Positions 14,201 to 25,600 of a DNA stretch of 64,000 nucleotides are shown one piece after another (positions within the stretch are counted from its first letter, which is position 1; each line of letters begins with the position of its first letter). Under the pieces are notes generated by a model. It saw only the letters and a list, made by a program, of their open reading frames with translations. It made no database searches and was not told the origin of the DNA. Made by a program: the position numbers and the translations under genes. The DNA comes from Diadema antillarum (lineage: Eukaryota), in NCBI RefSeq assembly GCF_040938485.1, contig NW_027271684.1:806001-870000 (forward strand), written 5' to 3'.

Positions 14201-17200
14201 AACGTTGCATTTAAATGAATGCAGAGATGTCAAAAGTCTAAAATTAATCATTTGTAAAAATGACACTGTAGTTATATATTACATATACACGTATATTTAT
14301 TATGATAACAATTATATACACATGGTTTTGTATGTGATATAATAATGTTAAAGGAATATATAATATATGTGTAATGTTAAATAATATAGTACAATAATAC
14401 ATAATGAAGTACATTGTTTTCCAAAACGTGGAAATGAACCATGATTTACAATAAAAACACTTATCAACATACAGGTCGATTCTGTGTTTGTTTGTTTTTG
14501 GGGTCTGCAAAAATAACGAAATAGGATAAAGATTAGGAGAATTCAATATAGAATTAAGCACAAATTTCTCAATAGTGTGTCAGCAAGAAGGAAACATGGT
14601 TAACATGAAAAACAATTATCAAGAAACTAGTATTTTTTTGTCCGCAAAAATAACGAAATAGGATTCATTTCATTTCATTTATTTCATTCCTTCTTTCTTT
14701 TTTTTTCGTCAAACATAACACGAAATGAATCAGAAGATATAACATAGGCATGTATTCGACTTTACATGGTAGATAATGTTTAACAAATATGAAATTATAC
14801 ATGCATATCGGCAAAATACAAAGTTATGTTTGGAGGAAAAAAAAAACGAAATAGGATAAAGATCTGTAGAATCAAACATAGAATTAAGCATAACTTCCTC
14901 AAAATTGTAAATAAGAGATCAGTAGAATCGTACAATATTTGCAGTATAAAAAAAAATCAGACTCTTAAGACATCAAAAATTCCCCGACAGAAAGACATGC
15001 ATGCAGGTTTGTTCTCTTCGTCACCTCTGAGATGATGATCGAACGTGGTGATGGCCAGCTGATGCGAATGGTGGCCAACAGCTATAGGGTGAATCAAATG
15101 GGGTGAGGTATTGCATTGGTCATCATGCTTTTCGCTGCATTGAAAAGATGGTACTGCTAAGTTACTACGCTGACAAATTTAACATGCCTTTGTCTAACTC
15201 GTCAGGTGCTTGATGGGCGCAGGTCATGATGCCATACGCAAACATAACACAAAACAAAGCCGCTCCCTACACATAGGTCCTTATTTGTACGGTGAGCTTT
15301 TGATACGAGAGAGGAAAATTATTGTTGCTGCGCAGAATATACAACGACATGACTAAAAAGGGATATCTTATTGCAGCTCAGCTTCTACAGCAAAAAAAAA
15401 AAACAGTCTGGACGCCGTACTAAGCAGATTAGTGCAGAACGGTTACTTTCCTGCACGTTATGACGTCACATGAATCCTATAAACGTAATACTAGTACATC
15501 AACCGTTGTTTGATTTCTGACCCCCTCCCCCTTTGTCTCATGTGACCTCGTTAAAGAGGATTTTATACGTAAAGCGATTCTATTAATAATTAACTCATTT
15601 GTTGTGCAAGATTGAGTGCGTATGTGCGGTGCTGAAACTTCCTTAAATTCTCCGCGAATCAAAAACAAGGACATGAAAATGGCCGAAATTTCTGTAATAT
15701 GCTTCATACATCAGTCCCAGTAGCAACATACCAATCTTCAGTTGTGTTGCATCCCATGGACGGAAGTATTACTTGATATAAAAAATATCGCTGTCGATGT
15801 TGGGTGTGTATTGTGTGTGTGGGTGTATTTAGCATCTCCAGTAAAGAAGTCTTTAAATGTTTATCTGCCACGAGACCTACTATAGACGATGAGGATAAAG
15901 TGACTTTTGTTTGAAGCCACAACTGCTGCATACTGCCAGCTGACACCAACCAAAAACCACACAGTAGAAAGCCTTAGTCTTATCTAGTAAGCTATGAGTG
16001 TTCTTTCCGATACATTTCCTGTTTGATTGTTGAAAATTCAGTCTGAGGAGGCAATTTGCAAGCTGTATAGCTCTATTTAAGGTGAATTCCCGAACCACAC
16101 ACGCACAAAAACGTTGCCGAGAAATAGAAAGGCCAACCATGGGATCATTGTTAAGAACATAAAAAACGTTGAATTAATGGATCACTTATACCACGTGTTC
16201 CTTTCTGTATGAATCGTTATGTGGCGTCACCCTTGCTCCTCTCAGACACGTGAATCAATCAATTTAGTTTAATTAATTCAATTTCTAACAAATCAATTAA
16301 TTTCAAAATTTCATTGCATTTTTCGGCTAGAACAAATGCATTTCACCTTCTTTGGTTCGCTCTATGGATAAGTGATTTCTCAAAAAATGTAAATGCAGAG
16401 ATTCCCTCCCATCGTTCTACCATTATCAGTATCGCCAATGCGCAGAAAACTTCTGCGCACGCTGGAGAGCCCTGTCAAAGATGCACTGTGAGATTGTATC
16501 TGCTTTTCGTTGTTACTCCTTATTTATTGTCTATGATTAAGCTTTAAAAGAGTTGAAAATGTCTAAATTTTGCTGATTTGCAGTCACTATAGTCATGGTT
16601 ACAAGGCTTCAATGTGCTGGTCAGATGATAGAAAGCGAAGAAATCTTCAACAACAGCAAAAAGATACCCATGGATAAAGACAGAGCGTGACCTGAGAGCA
16701 TAATGCAGCCAAAACCGGGGCAAGTTTTTCCCCTGAGCTACCCCATAATGCATCTAAAACGATGCTATGCACACGATACCTAGCTATCGGCGATACCGAG
16801 AATTGATTGGGGTCTACTTGCCTAGATGATTTTTCTTTCTTTTCTCTTTTTCAAGCACAGATTGATGCATTAAAGAAAAATTAGTTTACGTCGAAAGCCT
16901 TTTCAGCATCCCAGCGAGGGTTTTCTAGTCTTTGTTATGCCTAGTCAATGGCTTCTTTGATTATGGTCTGTGTGAAAGACTACTCTTGGGTGGAGTTTTC
17001 ATGGTATTCATGCTAATTGCGTTATTCTTTTCTTGTCTTTTTTGCCTAGAACGATGCGTGCATACGCATAAAATCGGAAGATTGTCTGCTATGCCTCTCC
17101 GCTAAGTTACGTTACCTTCTTTGATTGTGAAAGCACCGGATCGAAGTCCGAGCTACTGCATTTGGTGAGTTCATTTTAACAGACGTAAATTGAAGTCAGA

Positions 17201-17976
17201 TGATTTATCATTCGAATTTATGTATGTAAAACTAATATATTTATCAAAAACTAAGAATTATCATTGGAGGTGGTTTTCTTTTTGTCTTCAATATTTAGAT
17301 TGATTTTGCTTACATTACGTATATATACGTAATTCATATGATACTTATATAGTATCATCATGTAGGCCCTCTGATATATAAGCAATTCATTCTATGTTTG
17401 TTTTGTGACGTAATAATGACATCACTGTTTAAAGAATTACATCTTTTGTGATATTTCCCCCTTGATTTATAGTTCCAAATACATTTTTCATAAATGTGTT
17501 GGGATTTGGAATTTTTGTCTAGCTAGAGTATTGCTTGAAGCATAGACAAATTTTTACCCGCAATTGAAAAGTGCGCATACGTGTTGTGGTTTTTCTTCTT
17601 TCGCATACTTTTTCTTTCGATGTCTTTTAGGTTCTGTGTTGGTTTACCCCACGTTATCCTTTTCATTGTGTAAATACGTATATTATCAGAGCTCTGACTT
17701 TGATGTTTCCGATATTTTACTAAACGGAATTTTCAATCTTGACCGATTTGTTCTGGCTATTAATCAAGTATATATACTCAATACTAAAGATATAAACATA
17801 CATTATGCATAAATACATCTTTCAATATACTATCATACAATCATATACTCACAATACTGTGAACAGATACGTAATTACCAATTTATCATTTATGATGATT
17901 CATGACTTAAGAAAACGTGGAGTCCGTCCTTTCGTTGACATTTACCAGTTTCCTGATAACCTTAAAATATAAACCC

Positions 17977-17979
<3 letters not shown>

Positions 17980-18038
<59 letters not shown>
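17980..18038. repeat. Compound (AT)n(GT)n microsatellite
   Basis: Directly visible. Confidence 0.95.
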
Positions 18039-19672
18039 ATGTATGTATATCATTAATAGATTAAAAAGAATCATTTCTTAATATTTACAATACCTATTTC
18101 AAAACATAGTATAAATTTTCCCGGTGAATTTCATATTTTTGTCATTCGCATTCATGAATGTGCATTCCAATTCATGCAGCGCGAAAATATTCGAGCATTC
18201 AAATTCAGAATCCGCGCGATCGATTTCATTTATGGGAGTTCTATTTCGTTTTCGTCAAATTAAATTCACGATTGGGCATTCAATTTCCGAATGCGAGCAT
18301 CGCATTTCCTACTCGTGCGTTCAAATTCACGCGATATCCATGTGATAGTCCCGATGAGCTTGTCTGGAGCGTTCAATTTCATTTTCAGGCGATCAAGTTC
18401 CTACTTCGTGCAATCAATTTAACGAGGAAGATGGAGTAGACTTTTTCAAGAAAGGAAAAAGGGCATACACAACGCATGAAGGCTTGCCATAATGTGATAG
18501 TAATTATGATCGTTTAAATATTCTACGTTGTTCTTCGTTCATGTATTATTTTTTGTTTTTCATCTTAAAGAATTCTAAATTGTAAGGTCCAACCAGCAGT
18601 GTATCCAAACAACACAACAACAATCTAATCGTATTCATTGATGATATTGTATGCTGACCTGCTGACAACGCCCAGACACAAACCACACAATGACAATGCA
18701 TCAATTTAGTGAAAAACTGACACACAATGATTTCACATAGTCCCCAAAACTAAACCAATAAGGTAGCAATAAACAACAAAGAAGACGAATGCAATGTTTA
18801 TGTTATCAGTATCAATGTAGTCGATTTTTTTTTTAAGCTCAAGAATAAAATAAAATGATAACTTACTGTATCAAAGATCAATTTGAACAGTATAGTCAAA
18901 ATGGTTGCAAAAATTCTGCATGCTTCCATTAAAAACAGTGCAATATTTGTGTGAAACGAGGCATGTACATGCAAAAAAAAAATCAAAAAATCATGGACAG
19001 GGGGAGGGGGGAAGTGCCGCCCCTCCACTTTTTTTTTCCAGGAAGGCCATTTTTTCAGTAAATATTGGGTTTGAATTTTTCATCTTTTTAATGCTGTTTA
19101 TAAAAAGATATGGAAACCTTTTATTTATTTATTTGTTTATTTATTTATTTATTTATTTACTTACTTTTTATTCTTTGTTTTTCTTTTGGCTTTTTGGGAC
19201 GGAAATGTCTCGTGGGATGACGCACTCGAACCAGGACACTCAGATTTCATGATTCTTAGTTTTGTGTGCTGAGCCAAAATAGTTCTCATCTTTTTGTAAT
19301 AATTTATGTAATAAGAGCTCACAGTAATTACCAATTGCATAACACAGAGCTAATTAATTTCAAGTAGCTTTGTTCAAAGTATGTCTTTACCTCATTACAC
19401 GATCTGATGTAAATATTTGAAATATATTGTGTTTACATACGATGTACTTATGTTGTGTCCTATTTTTGGTGGAAATGGAAATAGATGAAGTGAAGTGAAC
19501 ATGGTGAAACCAACGGGAAAGAAATGAAGAAGCCATGTCAAAAGATCTTCTACAGTTATGACTTTTTACCGCCTTCAAACAACAAGTGAGTGTGCCACAC
19601 CTGCATGTGTATTCCTGTCTAGCAATGAATAGACGGACAACAGTGACTACATACCGAGCCCGAAGAGGATGC

Positions 19673-19678
19673 CTCGAC
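19673..19678. repeat. Left target-site duplication CTCGAC
   Basis: Identical hexamer immediately outside both element ends (19673-19678 and 37483-37488). A 6 bp TSD is the Polinton norm. Confidence 0.95.
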
Positions 19679-20071
19679 AGTAGTATTATGTTGTCTCGGG
19701 TGCCATAACTTAATTCTATTGTTTAGGACAATAGAATATGAAATATGAATATGAATATGATAGATCGATGAGTTATGAAATATGAATATGGGATATATAA
19801 ATATGAAATTATGAGTATGAATAAGATATAAAATCAAATCAAAAAATTAATCAAATAATTAACGTGATAGGAGAACTGGAAAATGAATGACGTCACTCAT
19901 TTAAATATTCATAATGACGTCAGGAGCTTTATTCATTTGCATAAATGACGTCATAGGTTGTTTTGAGAAGAGAAAACAATAAAGAAAAAAAGAAAGGTGT
20001 ATAGTGAATAGAGGGTGAACGAGTTGGGGCATGAAAGTGACGTCATGACATAGAACGCTGCATGAAGGTGT
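19679..20071 (+). repeat. Left terminal inverted repeat (about 393 bp)
   Basis: Reverse complement of 37082-37482, apart from about 4 substitutions, one hexamer-unit indel and a poly-A length difference. Confidence 0.96.
19888..20045. promoter_or_regulatory. CRE/ATF cluster plus octamer inside the TIR (mirrored in the right TIR)
   Basis: TGACGTCA at 19888, 19915, 19946 and 20038; ATTTGCAT at 19935-19942. The motifs are seen directly; function is inferred. Confidence 0.6.
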
Positions 20072-20215
20072 GCAGGAGTACGTGTGATTTATACATACAG
20101 TGCATTCGTATAATATATATATATATATATGGTTATATATACTCCTTCCCTCTGAGAAGGAAACAGACACAATTTTGTCAACCAGACGAAACAGTCCTAC
20201 AAGAACGAGAGAAAA

Positions 20216-20761
20216 ATGAAGCAGAGTTATTACAACTACGTGTATAACACGCCATCAGCCCCATCGCCTGAAGGCTCGCAAGACATGAGCAGTATTCAGG
20301 GGGAAGTCGGGAGTGATTGCACCGTGGACTATTCTCCAGACCGTCTATATATGGAGGAGGGAACATGTTTTCCCCAGTCGTCTAAGCGGAAAAACATGGA
20401 AGAAGGTGAACATCGTGTTGATCTTTCACGTAAAAGAATGAGAGGAGGTGGAAACGTGCAAGGAAAGAAGACCACGGGGAACCCCGAACCTACGAGCCAT
20501 ACTCCGGGAACGAAAGATGAGGATGATTCAAAAATTATTTGCAAAGTGTCCATCAGCGTGAAACCGGACCGCCTGAAGTACATCGTGGCCAAGACGTTCC
20601 GCAGCAAGACTTACATTGACATTCGTGAGTACTTTGAGAAAAACCACGAAGAACTACCTACCAAGAAGGGAATCACGCTCACCATGGAGGAATTCAGAGC
20701 TTTTACATCGGTGATTAAGAACATCAACGACGCCATTCAAGGGCAACATGTGAGAGGGTGA
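20216..20761 (+). CDS. Polinton accessory protein with C-terminal PC4/Sub1-like ssDNA-binding domain, 181 aa
   Basis: The C-terminal KYIVAKTFRSKTYIDIREYFEKNHEELPTKKGITLTMEEF matches the PC4 signature (Y-V-S-V..F.GK..IDIREY.....P..KGI.L...QW). The N-terminal half is low-complexity with basic patches. ATG is in an AAAATG context and AATAAA lies downstream. Confidence 0.85.
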   Translation: MKQSYYNYVYNTPSAPSPEGSQDMSSIQGEVGSDCTVDYSPDRLYMEEGTCFPQSSKRKNMEEGEHRVDLSRKRMRGGGNVQGKKTTGNPEPTSHTPGTKDEDDSKIICKVSISVKPDRLKYIVAKTFRSKTYIDIREYFEKNHEELPTKKGITLTMEEFRAFTSVIKNINDAIQGQHVRG

Positions 20762-21224
20762 AGTGGATCGGCTGAACGATGGGAGAAAAAAAAAGGAAGG
20801 CTATACAAGAAAGATTATTTTAAATCAAGATGAATACAGAAAATAAAGGCCGAGATTCAGGAGACCGATGGAGAAATTATGTGGACTTAACTGATTTGAA
20901 AAAAAAAAACAATTTATGTTATTTTATTCTTTTTTTTAATGTCAATGTCAAAGGAGAATGAGGAATAATAATAAAAAATACATCATATAGAGAACTTGTT
21001 TCATTTTACCGTCCTTATTACGTTGTTCCTTATAGATATTTCGTTGAAAAATAACTATGAGACATTGATTGGATAACTATGAGTGAGCATATGTGTTTGG
21101 ATGGGTATTTGTTTGCCTCTAAGATCAAAATGTACTGAATTGCATGCTAGTGAGAGAAGAGGAGGGGGGAAGTGAGTGAGTATGCATGATGAAGAGATGA
21201 GGTGTTTTTCAGTCCAAGTCCCCA

Positions 21225-22216
21225 GTCCATTAACGCAGTACAAATATCGGTTAATGCGCACTGTAAAGAAAGTTTGCGAGGTGTAATAGTAAAGAACGAT
21301 GACTGTTATTTGAGGACTCAAGAACAAGTTTATTGTCTCTCCATTAAGAGAACTCCGGACTAAAAAACACCTTTGTCGACAGTCCAAGTCGTCAGTCCAT
21401 TAACGTAGTTCAAAAAAAAAATGGTTAATACGCACTGTAAAGAAAGTTTGTTAGGTACAATAGTAAAGAACGATGACTGTTATTCGGGGACTCAAGAACA
21501 AGTTTATTGTCTCTCCATTAAGAGAATTCCGGACTGAAAAACACTTTTGTCCCCTGTCCATTAACGCAGTACAAATATAATACGCACTGTAAAGAAAGTT
21601 TGCTAGGTATAAAAGTAAAGAACGATGACTGTTATTTGAGGACTCAAGAACAAGTTTATTGTCTCTCCATTAAGAGAACTTCGGACTAAAAAACACCTTT
21701 GTCGACAGTCCAAGTCGTCAGTCCATTAACGTAGTTCAAAAAAAAATTGGTTAATACGCACTGTAAAGAAAGTTTGTTAGGTACAATAGTAAAGAACGAT
21801 GACTGTTATTCGGGGACTCAAGAACAAGTTTATTGTCTCTCCATTAAGAGAACTTCGGACTGAAAAACACTTTTGTCGCCTGTCCATTAACGCAGTACAA
21901 ATATAATGCGTACTGTAAAGAAAGTTTGCTAGGTATAATAGTAAAGAACGATGACTGTTATTTGAGGACTCAAGAACAAGTTTATTGTCTCTCCATTAAG
22001 AGAACTCCGGACTAAAAAACACCTTTGTCGACAGTCCAAGTCGTCAGTCCATTAACGTAGTTCAAAAAATTTGTTAATACGTCCTGTAAAGAAAGTTTGT
22101 TAGGTACAATAGTAAAGAACGATGACTGTTATTCGGGGACTCAAGTGCAAGTATATTGTCTCTCCATTAAGAGAACTCCGGACTGAAAAACACCTTTGTC
22201 CACAGTCCATTAACGT
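21225..22216. repeat. Higher-order tandem array: six 158-170 bp units alternating A/B (three dimers of about 326 bp)
   Basis: GTCCATTAAC unit starts at 21225, 21395, 21556, 21721, 21882, 22047 and a partial at 22205. Diagnostic A and B variants strictly alternate. Confidence 0.95.
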
Positions 22217-22646
22217 CGAACGATTCAAAGTTAATCCTTACTCAAAAGAATTCTTCCAAGTAGGTCTACGTAAGAACAATGGATGGAACTTCCTATGCGG
22301 GACCTATGTGCAAGTACAGAATTGTTTGTCCTCCACTTGAGAAAATAATCCCTTATTTATTGATCGGTCCTTCCCGATGACTTACATGTCTCAGCTTGAA
22401 AGTAAAGTGACGGGAAAATGGAGCGAGAGTTAGATAAAAAGGCCTGAGCAAAACCCAGTTCTCCACATTTCTTCCTATTTTATACACGAGCTATATCGTG
22501 TGGTCATTGCTCTGTAACTTTACGTTTATACAGAATCTAGACGCCAAGAGGGGTGACTGAAACCATTATGACTGTATTTAGCGTTTGAATACTTGTCAAG
22601 TTTGCACTTTTTTAGAGTTAACTTGTTACTCACTTTAAGCCGTAAA

Positions 22647-25600
22647 ATGGATGAAAACCATCCTTCACAACGCAGTTCTACTCTTAGAAACAATCTAACC
22701 AACACGATTTCAAACTTGTACGACCTCACGTCTTCTCAAATTCAAAGGATTGTGAACAGAACAGTTGATTTAGTCCGTCGTGCTCCTAGCGTTCATCCGG
22801 CAGATCAAAATGAGGTAAGTGAATGCGATGTTTCTTTTCCTAGTTCAGATAGAGATGTGGGTATTTGTAAAAACGCCTCTACAAGTGAAGTTATTGCCGC
22901 TTCAGCAGTTTCGTCGAAACCAATATTACTTTCAAAAAATGTTCCTGTTAGTTCCGTTTGCAATTGGTCTGATGATGATGACTTTGTTGATCCTAATCCA
23001 CAACAGTCACGAGTTAGAAAGCGGGAAAAACCCCGCTCTAATAGAGGGAAAGGTGGTGGTTTGAAAAAGAAAAAATCCGAATTAATTGCTGAAAGAAGAA
23101 AGTCAAAGGGAAAGGAAGCAAGACGTGTGTCTGATTCATTGAAAGGAAACAAAAAACGATCGGAATGTCCAATTGTAAAAGAAAAAATATTTCTCTCTTC
23201 TCCAAAACAACAAAGAGGAATGAAGCGTAGAATGGACATCGGAAGCGGTTCCCAATTCAAAAGATCGAAACTGAGTCTCCGACAAAGGTCAAGACGGAAA
23301 AAAGGAGAAGACAATAACATTTATGATATTCATGGCCCTTCACATTTTCATGGTACCCCCGGAAATTACGTACCAGAACATGCCCCTCCTCCCCTTACCC
23401 GATATCATGATAACGATGACGAAGATCTCGATGATTTTGACTACTCTGATAACAACTGTCATCATACTCCATGTGGTCATGTACAAAGTGGAGGAAATAG
23501 ACAAAATTCTGATCTTCCCTCTGAGACGAAACAGCACGGAGGCAAGAGAAAGAGAAAAACAAAGCATTTAGACCCACCCCACAATCAGTCTCGCCCCCCA
23601 CTGACTTCTTCGTCAGACATAAATGAATCGGAGAGCGATTGTTCAAGCCAGAGCAATGAGACTACAAAAACAGCCTCACCTCAATGGAAATTCATAGATT
23701 CACGAATTAATAAACGCTTCGGCGTACGAGAAGTCTGGTACGACTTTGTCGGAGATATACCCGATCATTCTTCAATTAGACATGTTCTTGACTATATTAG
23801 ATCATCTCTCGAGGAGCTACGAACGCTCCTTCTTCACGATACGAATGAAAGAGACTATGTGCGACTGGTGCTAGTCTCGGACCAATTGAATATTCCGATC
23901 GCTTTTCCCTGGGCAGTGGTCAGGCACTTTGACATCGCGCTTATATTAGAACGGATAGAACGAGTTCTCAATAGTAACCAGAACTTTTTCCTCAAACCTG
24001 GTTTTACTATCAGATTTCACCATGTGCAAAACCCCACTGGTGGATATACGCGAAAAATGGATGGCTTGCCTGATGACGAGGCATCCATAAGAAAAACTTC
24101 CATCATCACCGTTCCCTCCAGCAAAGAAGAAAAAACCTGTTTTGCAAGCGCAATTGTCATCTCGCGCTATTACGTTAATAATGATCGAAAATATCGAACC
24201 TGGTCTCGAACTAACAGACCACCCACAAAGGGTTTACTTAATGAAGCCGCAAAACTTCACGATCTAGCTGGCGTTCCTAAAGGAGAGGTTGATTCGAGTC
24301 AGTACGACGCCTTTCAACAAGTCTTACTACCTGAATATAGATTGATCATATACAGAGGTCGAAAAAAACATGCCATGATATATGCAGGCCCCCCAGCTGA
24401 GAAGACATTGTACTTGTATTTGACTGAATCCGGTCATTATAATGTCATCAAAAATGTTTCTGCATTCTTGTGTGTCAAGCATTTGTGCGAAGAATGCCAT
24501 GAAGTTTACAACGATCCCAGAACTCACAGTTGTTGTAATACCTGCTACGATTGTTTCAGTACAAATTGCAATCGCACTGACCCCATTAAACGCGATCCTC
24601 GAACGTGCGCCGATTGTAACATGACGTTCCTCACTGAGCAATGCTTTAAAGCTCATTCGGTGACAATTTTCAAGGGATCAACTGCCTGTAAGACCCGTCG
24701 TAAATGCCTAAAATGTGCGCGCGTGTTTGATTCGGAAGTATTTCCAGGCATATTTGATAAACATGACTGTTCCAAGATATTTTGTCAGACATGTAAAGAT
24801 TATGTCGATGGACCCACCCATGAATGCTACATGAAAGTAACAAAAGAAAGCAAATACTACGTCCCCACTGAGGCTGAGAAAGAACTTGCAGCTATGAAAA
24901 AGAAAAAAAAGAAATCAAAACCTACCACGCAAGCTGATTTGCCAGACCCACAGAGATATATTTTCTTTGATTTTGAATGTACCCAGAATACCACTTCTCA
25001 TGTTCCTAATCTAGTACACGCTACCTGGGATTGTAGTAACTGTATGGATGGTGTAACTCCCGATGGGTGGGGCTGTCTTTGGTGCGGTAATGTAGATGAA
25101 GGAAGAGAGATCACTTTTCAGGGGGAGGACACCCTGGAACGATTTTGTACATGGTTGTTGTCAGAAGATAACCACAAGGCAATAGCTATTGCACACAACG
25201 CTAAGGCGTATGACACATATTTCCTTCTTAATCACCTCGTTCGTAAAGGGATAATCCCCGAAGTCATAATGAATGGAGGAAAGATCATGTGTCTGAGCAC
25301 ACAAGACCCCAAAATCGTAATTAAAGATAGCTTAAACTTCTTCCAAATGGGCTTGGCCAAACTTCCAAAAACTTTCGGTATCAAAGAGCTGAAGAAGGGA
25401 TATTTCCCACACCTGTTTAACGTAAAAGATAATCAAAATTACGTTGGTCCCATTCCCGATAAGAAATATTTCGGGACAAACACCATGATGAAAGAAGCGA
25501 AGACAGAATTTGATGCATGGTACAATAGCCTTCCTGACAATTTTGTGTTTGATTTTCAAAAAGAAATTTTGGAGTACTGCAAGAGCGATGTAAAAATACT

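Noticed and set aside
12600-16750. Several exon-like segments (13141-13247 minus, about 15020-15150 minus, about 15715-15770 plus, about 16594-16700 plus)
   Set aside because: Each has some splice-like boundary, but they could not be joined into a consistent gene or matched to a family by eye.
19619-20170. ORFs 19619-19837 and 19901-20170 with matching ORFs at 37026-37551
   Set aside because: The matching peptides arise only because they read through the two TIR copies; the composition is low-complexity (IHIHI) with no coding signal.
21225-22216. CRISPR array or adenovirus VA-RNA-like Pol III genes
   Set aside because: Units are contiguous near-identical repeats with no unique spacers and no cas genes, in a eukaryotic context. 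No proper box A/box B was found (GTTCTTGAGTCC is only a broken B-box look-alike).
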